A stretch of 64,000 nucleotides of DNA from Caldilineales bacterium (lineage in GTDB: Bacteria > Chloroflexota > Anaerolineae > JAAEKA01), in assembly GCA_025055015.1 (NCBI GenBank), contig JANWYQ010000210.1, positions 22,223 through 86,222 on the forward strand, given 5' to 3'. Position 1 is the first letter of the stretch; the number at the start of each line of letters is the position of its first letter. The notes beneath the pieces are model-generated. The model saw only the letters and a list, made by a program, of their open reading frames with translations, ran no database searches and was not told where the DNA came from. Positions 10,299-19,894 of the stretch are shown piece after piece. The translations under genes and the position numbers were made by a program.

Positions 10299-11096
10299 AT
10301 GGCTGCTAGTAGCATTGCCCTCGAGAGACAGGATACCAGCAACAACCCGGCCCTCAACCAGGAGGCCTTCAACCGCGCAACGGCTCGTGGCGGCGAAACG
10401 GCCGCCCGCATGACCGCGCGCGGCGCCTACCTGAAGACCGGCCTGCTGTTGGTGCTGACGATCCTGGCTGCGGCCTGGGGCTGGTCTCAAGTAGAGGTGG
10501 TGAGCGCCTTCGGCCGCCAGGTGGCTTATCCGCCGTCGTGGCTGTTCCTGGCCTTCGTCCTGTCCTTCGTCTTCGGCGTCCTGGGGGTGTTTGCCGGCCG
10601 CTTCATTCCCATCTTCGCTATCGGCTACGCCCTGTCCTACGGCGCGCTGCTGGGCGTGGCCTCCCACTACTACAACCTGGAGTGGAACGGCATCGTGTTG
10701 CAGGCCATCGTCGCCACGCTGGCCGTGTTCGGCGGCACGTGGCTGTTGTACAGCCTGGGCATCCTCAAGGTGACCTCTGTGTTCGCCAAGGCGGTGGCGA
10801 TCGCGATGGCCGGCCTCTTGCTGCTCTACTTCACGGCGTGGATCTTCTCTCTCTTCGGCGTGAACTTCCGCTTCCTGTCCGAGCCTACCCCGCTGGGCAT
10901 CCTCTTCGCCCTGTTCGTGGTGATCCTGGCGGCGCTGAACTTGCCGCTGGACTTCGAGTTCGTTCGTCGCGCCTCGGCTGCGGGCGCACCCAAGTACATG
11001 GAGTGGTACGCAGCCCACGGCCTGATGCTATCCATGATCTGGCTATACGTGTCTATTTTGCGGCTGCTGGCACTGTTGCGCTCTCAATCCCGCTAA
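10299..11096 (+). CDS. Bax-inhibitor-1/YccA-family membrane protein
   Basis: Seven TM helices with a BI-1-like pattern. RBS gaaaggagt. Confidence 0.65.
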   Translation: MAASSIALERQDTSNNPALNQEAFNRATARGGETAARMTARGAYLKTGLLLVLTILAAAWGWSQVEVVSAFGRQVAYPPSWLFLAFVLSFVFGVLGVFAGRFIPIFAIGYALSYGALLGVASHYYNLEWNGIVLQAIVATLAVFGGTWLLYSLGILKVTSVFAKAVAIAMAGLLLLYFTAWIFSLFGVNFRFLSEPTPLGILFALFVVILAALNLPLDFEFVRRASAAGAPKYMEWYAAHGLMLSMIWLYVSILRLLALLRSQSR

Positions 11097-11132
11097 CGCA
11101 CGGCCGGCGCCGACACAGAAGGAGGTCTCTGT

Positions 11133-11684
11133 ATGTCTGCTCTTAAGGACAAGCCCTGGTGGTTCACCCTCATCTTGGGTGTCCTGGCGGTGGTGCTAGG
11201 CCTGGTGGTGTTGTTCCAGCCGGCCCGAGCCCAAGGTCTCGTCGGCCTGTTGGCCGCAGTATATCTGACGGCCGTCGGCCTGCTACGCACGGTGGCTGCC
11301 CTGGCCGGGAAGCAGGACAGCCGTCTCCCCTTGGTGCGCGCCTTGGTGGCGTTGGGCGTCGGCGCAGCCATCATCTTGCTAAGCCTGCTCAACGCTATCA
11401 CGCCCGCCACCGGCTTCTTGCTGCTGGGCATCGGCCTGGTCGTCCTGGGCGGGCTAGGGCTGATCATCCGGTTCCCGCAGCGCAAGCAGGAGGGTTTCAC
11501 CTGGGGCCCCGTGATCATCAATGCCGTACTCCTGGGTTGGGGCCTGCTCATCCTGTTGACCGGCCCCGGCTCCACCGCTCGCATCACGGTCAGCGGTTGG
11601 GTGCTGATTGCGGTGGGCATCGTCGGCATCGTCTGGGCCTGGCTCACGCGCGAGAAGGAGGCTGCGGTGGCTGAGGCACCCTGA
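11133..11684 (+). CDS. DUF308/HdeD-family small membrane protein (paralog of 8846..9415)
   Basis: Similar repeated TM architecture. RBS gaaggaggt. Confidence 0.7.
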   Translation: MSALKDKPWWFTLILGVLAVVLGLVVLFQPARAQGLVGLLAAVYLTAVGLLRTVAALAGKQDSRLPLVRALVALGVGAAIILLSLLNAITPATGFLLLGIGLVVLGGLGLIIRFPQRKQEGFTWGPVIINAVLLGWGLLILLTGPGSTARITVSGWVLIAVGIVGIVWAWLTREKEAAVAEAP

Positions 11685-11710
11685 GCCGCAGCGTTGCCCC
11701 TCCCGGTGAG

Positions 11711-11751
11711 ACAGACAGCCCGACGCCAAGGCGCCGGGCTGTCTGTTTTGT
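11711..11751. terminator. Bidirectional rho-independent terminator (12-bp stem acagacagcccg/cgggctgtctgt + TTTTG) between convergent genes
   Basis: Perfect inverted repeat followed by a T-run. Lies between the 11684 (+) stop and the 11787 (-) stop. Confidence 0.6.
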
Positions 11752-11786
11752 GGCCGGCCTGGCGCTCCCGGTCCCCCTGGCTTTGC

Positions 11787-14126
11787 TTACTTCGCCAGCT
11801 CTGCCAAAAGCACCTGATCGCCGATGGGCTGGCCGGCGGCGTCGAAGACCGGCAGCCGCTGGCCGGTGGCGGGATCGTACAGGCCTATGAACAGCAAGTA
11901 GCGGCCGGGGGGCGGGTTCTCCTGTCGCCACTCCAGGTAGTGGAAGTCCTCGCTGAACTCCCCGGCTTGCCAGCGGCTGGTAGGGGTGAAGAAGAAGCCC
12001 GGCTCGCCGTCGTGCTGGGCCCACAGCGTTCCGTTCAGGTCCACCAGGTGCAGAAAGACCTTGTAGTCTGTGGTGGGGTGCCGCAGGGCGAGCCAGTTGA
12101 GGATCACCTCGTTGGAGCCCCCCGGACGGAGCTCCGCTGGGTCGAAGTGAAAGCCCACCAGCTGGGCCTCCTGGCCGAAGGTGACCGTGGTCGGCGTTGG
12201 GGTGTAGTCCGTAGGGGCCTGATGGCGTTGGAGCGCAGCCAGGCCGATGTAGGCCAGCAACGCCACGCCGACGAGGGCCAGCCAACGCCGGCGCCGGAGC
12301 CGGACCATCCCCACCACCCACGCGGCGGCACCCAGCGCGGTTAGCAGCCAGCCTGCGCAGCGCACCGGCGTGGCGCCGAACCGAAAGACGACCTCGTGCT
12401 GGCCGGCGGGAACATCGGCGGCCGCCAAGGCCAGGGGACCCTCGGCGCGCACGGGCGTGGGCTGGCCATCCACCGTCGCCTGCCAGCCCGGGAAGAAGAA
12501 CTGGTGGAGCTGCGCCGTCCACGGCTCGGCCGAGCGCACGGCGAAGCGCCGCTCCAGCGGCCGCTGCCGACCCGCCGTCGCCTGCACTGCCAGGGGCGCC
12601 TCTTCAGCGGCAGCCGGCCCCGCGCTCAGGAAGAACCGGTCCCGCAGGGGCAGAGCCCCCACCGGCATGTACTCGAACATCCACGGGCTGCCGTGCTCTC
12701 GCAGCCAGAGCCCGCGGTGATAGTCGTACAGCGCCAGGGTGCGGCGGTCCACGGTGGCGTCGGTGACGGGGATGTCGGTGTTGGGGTAGACGGTGTCCCC
12801 TTGCCAGGGCAGGCGCGGGAGCGCCGCGCTCATCAGCAGGCCGGCCACGGCCGAGGTCATCAACGCGGCCAGCACGGCTCCTCGGGCGCTTCGTCCTGCG
12901 GCCGACGGCGGACTTTCCGCCAGCAGCCCCGCGTAGGCGGTGAGCAGGGCCGTGGCTACGGCCGCCACCAGCTGCCAGCGCCAGGGGAACTGGAGCATCA
13001 TCAAGCCGGGCACGCGCCAGACCGGCTGCGACCACTCGGACTGCATGAACAGGGCGAAGGCCAACAGCGCCGCCCACAGGGGCATCGCCAGCTGCGCCCG
13101 CCTGGATAACCGCTTTCGCCGCGCCAGGCCCACGGCCAGACCGGCCAGCGCCAGCAGCCCCTGGGCCATCCCCAGCGGGTGCATCACGTCGGGTTGGTCC
13201 AGGATCGTGTAGCGCTGGGCCCAGGTGTGGCTGACCAGGAACGCCGGCCGGGCCATCATGCTGCGCCAGAGGGCGGTGTCGTCGGGCGCCTGGCCGGTGA
13301 GCACCTGGGGCAGCTCGACGATGGCGGGCAGCCAGTAGAACGCGCTGAGGAGGACGCCCAACAGGGCCATCAGCAGAAAGGCTCGCAGCAGATCGGGCCG
13401 CTGCGCCTTGGCCGCGGTGGCCAGCAGGAAGGCCCCCCAGGCCGTTGCCACCGGCGCAGCCAGCAGCACGGACAGGTTGTGGGTGACCACCAGCCCGGCC
13501 ACAGCCAGGCTGCCCCCTAAAGCTGCCGTCCTTTGCGGCCGGCCTTCGGCGCAGGCCGCCCTCAGCATGGCCCACAGGAGCAGCGGAATCCAGACGAAGG
13601 CGAGCTGCTCGGCCAGCGCGCCGCGCACCCAAGTGTTGGTCAGGTGGTAGGGCGCCCAGGTGTAGGCCACGGCGGCCAGCGCACCGCTCCACGGTCCCAG
13701 CAGGCTGCGGCCGAACAGGTACATGGCCGCCGCGGCCAACAGCAGGCCGGCCGCCAGCGTCAGCTCCAACGCGGTGACGTAGCCCGCGCCCAGCCAGCGA
13801 AAGACCAGCCCGGCGTAGTAGGCCAGGGGCGCGTAGAAGTTGAGCACGGGAAAGCCGTAGCCAAAGCCCTCGTCGGCCAGCCAGCGCACGTCCCAGTGGC
13901 CGGCTCGCAGCGCTAGGTCCAGGCTGTACAGCCGGAACAGGTGGTGCAGGCCGTCGTCCATCTGTTGCAGCCCCGGCTGCCACAGCGCGCGCAGGGCGGG
14001 CAGGGTCAGCAGCAAAGCCAGGAGCAGGGCTGCCCAGTCCTCGGCTCGCCAGGGGCGGCGTGGGGGGCTTTCCACCGCAAGCTCAGTAGGCATAGGGAAA
14101 AGGCGTGTGCCGTTGGTGAGTAGCAT
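11787..14126 (-). CDS. Large polytopic membrane protein, YfhO-like / GT-C-superfamily putative glycosyltransferase
   Basis: About 12 TM helices, then a soluble beta-rich region, a late TM and a C-terminal domain. Start set at an internal Met (14126; 14093 is an alternative) because the upstream part of the ORF is Arg-rich shadow sequence. Confidence 0.5.
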   Translation of the reverse strand: MLLTNGTRLFPMPTELAVESPPRRPWRAEDWAALLLALLLTLPALRALWQPGLQQMDDGLHHLFRLYSLDLALRAGHWDVRWLADEGFGYGFPVLNFYAPLAYYAGLVFRWLGAGYVTALELTLAAGLLLAAAAMYLFGRSLLGPWSGALAAVAYTWAPYHLTNTWVRGALAEQLAFVWIPLLLWAMLRAACAEGRPQRTAALGGSLAVAGLVVTHNLSVLLAAPVATAWGAFLLATAAKAQRPDLLRAFLLMALLGVLLSAFYWLPAIVELPQVLTGQAPDDTALWRSMMARPAFLVSHTWAQRYTILDQPDVMHPLGMAQGLLALAGLAVGLARRKRLSRRAQLAMPLWAALLAFALFMQSEWSQPVWRVPGLMMLQFPWRWQLVAAVATALLTAYAGLLAESPPSAAGRSARGAVLAALMTSAVAGLLMSAALPRLPWQGDTVYPNTDIPVTDATVDRRTLALYDYHRGLWLREHGSPWMFEYMPVGALPLRDRFFLSAGPAAAEEAPLAVQATAGRQRPLERRFAVRSAEPWTAQLHQFFFPGWQATVDGQPTPVRAEGPLALAAADVPAGQHEVVFRFGATPVRCAGWLLTALGAAAWVVGMVRLRRRRWLALVGVALLAYIGLAALQRHQAPTDYTPTPTTVTFGQEAQLVGFHFDPAELRPGGSNEVILNWLALRHPTTDYKVFLHLVDLNGTLWAQHDGEPGFFFTPTSRWQAGEFSEDFHYLEWRQENPPPGRYLLFIGLYDPATGQRLPVFDAAGQPIGDQVLLAELAK

Positions 14127-14322
14127 GAAAACAACGGCGTAGAGCGCTCCCCAGTATCTCCGGAGCGCCGGTTCTGTCAAACTCCACTTGCTCCCGGTCG
14201 TCGGCTGCCTGGCTTGGTTTTTTTCTATCTTCCGTCCCTTGTGATATGATGTCGCCAACGCAAGCCGGCGGCAGTTTTCTGCACCTTGTCCTCCCTTAAT
14301 CTTTCCCCGTAAGGAGCTCGCT

Positions 14323-14721
14323 ATGGCAAGCCAAACCAGGCATCGTCCCTTCGGCATCACCGTGCTGGCCATCTTGGTCCTACTGTCGTTCATCATCGCC
14401 ATCCTTGGCCTGTTGCAGGCGCTGGCGATCCTGCCGCCCCTGTTGAACCCCGGCCCCCGGTCCTTCAACCTCTGGGCTGCGATCATCTGGGCCTTGATGG
14501 CGTGGGTGTACTTCTGGCTGTTCCAAATGTTGTGGCGGGTGGACCCCCAAGGGTGGCTGTTCCTGGCGGTCGTCAGCGTGTTTAACCTCGCTATCAACTT
14601 CGCCATCCTGCTCACCGGGGGAGGCACCTTCTCGGAGCTGGCCATCAGCTTCATTCTCAACGCGCTGATCTTGGCCTACATCATGCTGCCGGGAGTGCGC
14701 AAGGCCTTCGGCCAGCCATGA
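14323..14721 (+). CDS. Small 4-TM membrane protein, hypothetical
   Basis: RBS gtaaggagc. Four hydrophobic helices. Divergent from the large membrane protein gene. Confidence 0.5.
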   Translation: MASQTRHRPFGITVLAILVLLSFIIAILGLLQALAILPPLLNPGPRSFNLWAAIIWALMAWVYFWLFQMLWRVDPQGWLFLAVVSVFNLAINFAILLTGGGTFSELAISFILNALILAYIMLPGVRKAFGQP

Positions 14722-15002
14722 TCCCGGCTACTATTCACACGTGAACAAAAGCGCGTCGCAGAACGTGCATTGCTACGAGCCAGCAACGGCTCTGGCCGCT
14801 TGCCACCCATGTCGTTTGCCGCACACGCAGAAAGGGTTGACGAGCCAGTCTGCGGTTGTTGTCTCCTATCACCTCACGATCACCTACCAGGACGTCCAGG
14901 ATCCTCGCCCGCTGGTCACAGCTCCGGCTACGGATACCGCTGCGGTGGCCGGCGAAGCGAGGTCAGGGACGGCCCGGTAGGTCCGCTTGAAAGGAGCTGT
15001 TG

Positions 15003-16865
15003 ATGAACAAAGCCACAGTGAGAGTCACCCTTCTGCTGATGTTGGCGCTGACGCTGGGGCTGGCGGCTTGCCAACCGATGGCGGCACCGACGCCGCCCGC
15101 GCCGTCTGCGCCGCAAGCGCCCGAGGCGCCGTCTGCGCAGACACTCACGCCGATGGTCGCTGCTCCGGCAGCCGGCCCGGCCCGTTCCCTCGCCGGCACC
15201 AGTTGGCTGTTGGTCACTCTCAACGGCGAGCGCGCGCTGGCCGACGTCAACGTCACCCTGGAGTTTGGGCGGGACGGCGAGGTCTTTGGGAACGATGGCT
15301 GCAACGCTTTCCGCGGCACCTACGTCCAGCAGGGCGATCGGCTGAGCTTCCCAACCCCCTTGGCCGGCACGCTGAAGGCCTGCGAGCCCGAGGTGGAGGC
15401 GCAGGCTGCGGCCTTCCGCGAGGCTCTCGGCCGAGTCACCGGCTTCACCGCCAGCCCGCGCCAGCTGGTGCTCTTCGCAGGCGATGACATCGTGGCGGTG
15501 TTCATCGCTGCGCCGACCGACCTCACGGACACGGTCTGGGAGGTGATCTCGTACAACAACGGCCAGGGCGCGGTCGTGACCCTGATCGTGGGCACGGAGG
15601 CCACCGTGGAGTTCGGCGTCGGCGGCCTGCTCTCGGGCAACGCCGGCTGCAATCAGTTCGCAGGCGAGTACGCCGCTGCCGACGGCGCCATCCAGATCTT
15701 CCAGCTGGCCTCCACCGCCCGCCTGTGCCCCATGCCCGAGGGGCTGATGGAGCAGGAGCAGGCTTTCCTGGCCGCGCTGCGCAGCGCGGCCACCTACCGC
15801 ACCGACGGCGACACCCTGGAGCTGCGCACCGCCGACGACCAGATCGCGGTGACGATGGCGCGCAAGGAGGTGGTGGACCTGCCGGCGCCTGAGCCGACAC
15901 CAGCCGTGCCGCGCGGCCGCGTCGTGGGCGCCCAGGCGCTCAACGTGCGCTCCGGCCCCGGCACCGTCTACCCGGTGATCGCCGTGGCCCGTGAGGGCGA
16001 CGAGGGCGAGATCGTCGGCCGCAGCGCAGACGGCCGCTGGTGGGCCGTGAAGGCGCCGAGCTTGCCTGGCGGCATCGCCTGGGTGTCGGCTGACTTCGTG
16101 CTGGCCACCAACGCCGAGAACGTGCCCGTGATCCCGGCCCCGCCTACGCCTACCCCGCAGCCTACGCCGACGCGTCTGCCGCCCACGCCCACCCCGGTGC
16201 CCCCGCCTCCCCCTCAAGCCCAGATCGCCTTCTGGGCGGACCGCACCAACATCAACCAGGGCGAGTGCGCCACCTTGAGCTGGTCGGTGCAGAACGTGCG
16301 CGCGGTGTGGATGTATCCCCAGGGCCAGCCGTTCCAGCAGTTCCCCCGCACCGGCCAGGGGAGCGAGGTGGTCTGCCCGCCCAACACCACCACCTACGAG
16401 CTGCGGGTGGAGCTGGTGACGGGCCAGGTAGAGTTCCGCCAGATCACCATCAACGTGAACGTGCCTCCGCCACCTCCGCCGCCTCCGCCGCCCAGCGATC
16501 CCCTGCGCGGCACCGGCTGGATGGTGGTGAACCTCAACGCCGGCGGCGCCATTGTGACGCTGGTGCCCGGCACCAACATCACCATGGTCTTCAGCCAGGA
16601 CGGCCGGATCAGCGGCAACGCCGGGTGCAACTCCTACAACGGCACCTATCTGGTCGGCGGCGGCAACAGTATCTCCTTCGGCGCACTGGGTGCCTCCATG
16701 CAGATGTGCGCGAACCCGCCGGGCGTGATGGAGCAGGAGGCCCTGTTCCTGAGTCTGTTGCGCCAGGTCAACTCCTTCGAGGTGACCGACGGCGGCCAGA
16801 CCCTCATGCTGAAGAGCGGCGGGCAGGTCCTGGTGGTGCTGAAGCGCGCGTTTATGCCGGCGTGA
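15003..16865 (+). CDS. Secreted lipoprotein with three META (HslJ-like, DUF306) domains, one SH3b domain and Pro-rich linkers
   Basis: Lipobox LGLAAC. Three repeats of GTSWxLVxLNGxxx...GNxGCNxFxGxY (META). The segment NVRSGPGTVYPVIAVAREGDEGEIVGRSADGRWWAV is SH3b-like. PPPPPPPP linkers. RBS aaggag. Confidence 0.7.
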   Translation: MNKATVRVTLLLMLALTLGLAACQPMAAPTPPAPSAPQAPEAPSAQTLTPMVAAPAAGPARSLAGTSWLLVTLNGERALADVNVTLEFGRDGEVFGNDGCNAFRGTYVQQGDRLSFPTPLAGTLKACEPEVEAQAAAFREALGRVTGFTASPRQLVLFAGDDIVAVFIAAPTDLTDTVWEVISYNNGQGAVVTLIVGTEATVEFGVGGLLSGNAGCNQFAGEYAAADGAIQIFQLASTARLCPMPEGLMEQEQAFLAALRSAATYRTDGDTLELRTADDQIAVTMARKEVVDLPAPEPTPAVPRGRVVGAQALNVRSGPGTVYPVIAVAREGDEGEIVGRSADGRWWAVKAPSLPGGIAWVSADFVLATNAENVPVIPAPPTPTPQPTPTRLPPTPTPVPPPPPQAQIAFWADRTNINQGECATLSWSVQNVRAVWMYPQGQPFQQFPRTGQGSEVVCPPNTTTYELRVELVTGQVEFRQITINVNVPPPPPPPPPPSDPLRGTGWMVVNLNAGGAIVTLVPGTNITMVFSQDGRISGNAGCNSYNGTYLVGGGNSISFGALGASMQMCANPPGVMEQEALFLSLLRQVNSFEVTDGGQTLMLKSGGQVLVVLKRAFMPA

Positions 16866-16899
16866 TGGGATCCTGAGCGGTCCGGCTGCCACGGCTCGT

Positions 16900-18780
16900 A
16901 TGTTTCCATCGGCGGCGGGTTGGACGGACAAGGTTGAGCCATCGGAGCTCGACCGCCGGCCAGCCCGCCGGCCGCTTTGGTGCGTCGTTGTGCGTCGTTC
17001 GAACCTGGCGTGGCTGCCTCTGTCGCTGGTTCTCCTGGCCGGCTGTGTAGTGCTGCAGCCGGAGATGCCTACACCTCCCGCTCCGCCGGAGGCGACGGCG
17101 CTCCCCACACTGCTGGAGACCCCGGCCGTTCCGGCTGCAACGCCTGAGCCTGAGGCGCCGACCCCGGAGCCGCCGTCCGCCGTGTTCTACAACCTGGGCG
17201 ACGCGACGGTGGTGCAGGCGCGCTTTCCCAAGGGCAACCGCTTCCGCAACATGCCGGTGCGGCTGAACGGCGCGCTGGCCGCGCCGACTGAGGGCGAAGG
17301 CCCCTTTCCGGTGGTGGTGATCCTGCACGGCACGCACGTCGGCTGTCCTGTGGGCGCCGGCGAGGCCGACGTTTGGCCGTGCGCGCCGGAGGAGGAGCAG
17401 CCCAACTACAGCGGCTTCGAGTACCTGGTGCGCAGCTTGGCTGCCCACGGCTACGTGGCCCTAGCGCCCAACATCAACGCCGAGTACACCGTCGGCTTCG
17501 GCGAGCCGACCTTCGGCCAGCGGGCCAAGCAGCTGCTGGACCTTCACCTGCGCGGCCTGGTGGAAGCGGCTGCGGGCAAGAGCACAGCCTTCGGGGTGGA
17601 CCTGGCTGGCCGTGTGGACCTGGGGCGGCTGGCGCTCTTCGGCCACTCGCGCGGGGGTGAGCTGGCCTGGTACCTGGTGAATCGCCTGGACTGGCCAGCG
17701 ACGGACAGCAGCTACGGCCCGGTAGCGGGGGTTCTGCAGATCGCAGCAGCCTCCAGCGTCGCCGATCCCTGGCAACCGTCGGCTGTGCCCTTTGCTACCG
17801 TCCTGGCTTCGTGCGACGGCGACATCATGACCCAGGACGGGCAGTTCTTCTACGAGGGCGCGCGGCTGTCCGCCGACCAGTCGGCGTGGGCTGCGTCGGT
17901 CTGGCTAGAGCGGGCGAACCACAACAACTTCAACGCCTTTCTGAAGCCCGACTATCAGCCCGTGGATCGCCCGGATTGCGCCACGGTCCTGGAACCCGAG
18001 GCGCAGCGCGGCTGGCTGGTCGCCTATGCCGCCGATTTCCTAGCGGCGGTGTTAGCGCCGGAGCCGGAGGCGGCTGCTCAGGCGTTGGCGCGGCTGGGCC
18101 TGGACGTGGCCGCCCCTGCGCCCACCGAGCTCTATGGCCTGCCGGCGCGCGTGGCTTTCCTGCCGCCTGCGGCCAACCGCCAGACGCTGTGGACGCCGGC
18201 CAGCGAGGAGGAGCTCGCCATCCATCGTCTGGGCGGCCAGGTGCTGGCCGAGGACGTGAGCGTGGTGTTCTGCCCCAGCCGATACTACCTTCCCAACCAG
18301 GCGCCGGACAAGGGGGCCTGTCGGCGGCACTACGTGACGGTGCCCGGCCAACCGGCGTTTGCGGCCGTGGCGTGGGAGCGCCGTGGAGCCGCCCTGCGCT
18401 TCTCCCTGCCGCAGGGCGCCGCCGACCTGAGCGGCTACGCGGCCATCACCCTGCGCGCGGCTGTGGACCCGGCCTCTCCCCTGAACGCGGCCGACCGGCC
18501 GCAAGCCCTCAGCCTGAGTCTGACCGACCGGGCCGGCAACGTGGCGGTGGTCTCCACGTCGCCGGAGGAACCGGCGCTGGCCTTCCCCACCGGCTACATG
18601 AAGGAGAGCGGCGTGTGGGAGGAGGGGATCTTCGTCGGCCGGGTGGTGTTGACGACCCTGCGGCTGCCGCTGGCGCTCTTCTCCGGCGTGGACCTGGCCA
18701 ACGTGGCCGAGGTAGCCCTGGTCTTCGACCAGACCGACAGCGGCTCGCTCTGGCTGGCGGATCTGGAGTGGGCGCGCTAG
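16900..18780 (+). CDS. Lipoprotein alpha/beta hydrolase (chlorophyllase/PAF-acetylhydrolase-like, GHSRGG) with C-terminal beta-rich domain
   Basis: Signal and lipobox LLAGCVV. Nucleophile elbow LFGHSRGG. Pro-rich linker. N-terminal start uncertain. Confidence 0.6.
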   Translation: MFPSAAGWTDKVEPSELDRRPARRPLWCVVVRRSNLAWLPLSLVLLAGCVVLQPEMPTPPAPPEATALPTLLETPAVPAATPEPEAPTPEPPSAVFYNLGDATVVQARFPKGNRFRNMPVRLNGALAAPTEGEGPFPVVVILHGTHVGCPVGAGEADVWPCAPEEEQPNYSGFEYLVRSLAAHGYVALAPNINAEYTVGFGEPTFGQRAKQLLDLHLRGLVEAAAGKSTAFGVDLAGRVDLGRLALFGHSRGGELAWYLVNRLDWPATDSSYGPVAGVLQIAAASSVADPWQPSAVPFATVLASCDGDIMTQDGQFFYEGARLSADQSAWAASVWLERANHNNFNAFLKPDYQPVDRPDCATVLEPEAQRGWLVAYAADFLAAVLAPEPEAAAQALARLGLDVAAPAPTELYGLPARVAFLPPAANRQTLWTPASEEELAIHRLGGQVLAEDVSVVFCPSRYYLPNQAPDKGACRRHYVTVPGQPAFAAVAWERRGAALRFSLPQGAADLSGYAAITLRAAVDPASPLNAADRPQALSLSLTDRAGNVAVVSTSPEEPALAFPTGYMKESGVWEEGIFVGRVVLTTLRLPLALFSGVDLANVAEVALVFDQTDSGSLWLADLEWAR

Positions 18781-18991
18781 AGACAAGAAAGGGCCAGTTT
18801 TGTTGCGGTCGACTTCATCGAGCACATTCCAAAAAGCGGTTTGGTAGCACACCACCAAGCTCCGTTGACGGGGTGCCCTCTTTTAGCCGGAGGACTTCAT
18901 CCTCCGGTGGTCGCCGGCGCATCCCAGGTCTGGCGTTTTCGCTGGATTGATTTGTTGAGCTCCGGGAGATCGGCCCGGTCTATTTCTGATT

Positions 18992-19879
18992 ATGTCCACC
19001 GACTTCTACAGCCACCCTGTTCGCACGTTGAGCAACGGCCACCTGCGGGTAGATGTGCTGGCGCAGGCCGGGCCCCGCGTGGTGCGCCTGATCCCGAGCT
19101 GGCTGGACGCCAACCTGTTGGCCGAGACGCCCGATCTAGGGTGGGAGACGCCCGCAGGCTGGTCCCCGCTGTGGGGCGGCCATCGCCTCTGGCACGCGCC
19201 GGAGGCCTTCCCTCGCACCTACTTGCCCGATGGCGACGGCCTGGCCATAGACGAGCTGGCGGACGGCATCCGCCTGCGCGGGGCGCCGTCCCCGGCCGCC
19301 GGCCTGCAGAAGGTGATGGAGGTGCGGCTGGACCCTGACCGGCCGACCCTCACTCTGCACCACAGCCTCCACAACCACGGCCTGTGGCCTGTCACCCTGG
19401 CGCCGTGGGCCATCACGCAAATGGCGCTGGGGGGCGTGGCCATCCTACCCCAGCAGGCGCCCGTCCCCTCGCCCTACCTGCCGCACCGCCACCTGGCCCT
19501 GTGGCCGTACACCCGCCTGCGCGACCCGCGTCTGCGGCTGGACGACGACCTGGTGCTGGTGCACGGCCAGGCCCACGAGCAGCCCTTCAAGATCGGCTAC
19601 TTCAACCACGCGGGCTGGATGGCCTACCTGTGGGGCGAGGCGCTGTTCGTCAAGCGCTTCACGCCGCTGCCCGGCCGTCCCCATCCCGACCTGGAGAGCA
19701 ACTGCGAGGTCTACGTCTGGAACCGCTTCCTAGAGCTGGAGACCCTCGGCCCGCTGGTAGCCCTGGAGCCGGGCGCGGTCGCCGAGCACATCGAAACCTG
19801 GGAGGTTCACCGCGTTCCCGGCGCCGAGCCGACGGTTGACGGCATCCGCGGCCTGACCCGCTCCTTGGACCTTGCCTGA
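18992..19879 (+). CDS. Hypothetical protein (possibly mutarotase-like beta-sandwich)
   Basis: Clean ORF with typical codon usage; no confident motif. Confidence 0.45.
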   Translation: MSTDFYSHPVRTLSNGHLRVDVLAQAGPRVVRLIPSWLDANLLAETPDLGWETPAGWSPLWGGHRLWHAPEAFPRTYLPDGDGLAIDELADGIRLRGAPSPAAGLQKVMEVRLDPDRPTLTLHHSLHNHGLWPVTLAPWAITQMALGGVAILPQQAPVPSPYLPHRHLALWPYTRLRDPRLRLDDDLVLVHGQAHEQPFKIGYFNHAGWMAYLWGEALFVKRFTPLPGRPHPDLESNCEVYVWNRFLELETLGPLVALEPGAVAEHIETWEVHRVPGAEPTVDGIRGLTRSLDLA

Positions 19880-19894
19880 TCGCCCTTTCTGTCC

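Noticed and set aside
11787-14660. Upstream 178 codons of the large membrane-protein ORF (14127-14660)
   Set aside because: This segment is Arg/Lys-rich shadow sequence antisense to the 14323..14721 membrane-protein gene. The real start was placed at the internal Met (14126 or 14093).
14928-17108. 726-aa minus-strand ORF antisense to the META lipoprotein
   Set aside because: Arg/Gly-rich shadow frame opposite a well-supported lipoprotein gene with RBS and domain repeats.
18887-18912. Hairpin CCGGAGGA-cttcat-CCTCCGG as possible terminator after the hydrolase gene
   Set aside because: No following T-tract, and it lies ~110 nt from the stop. Could be a structural element but is not convincing as an intrinsic terminator.
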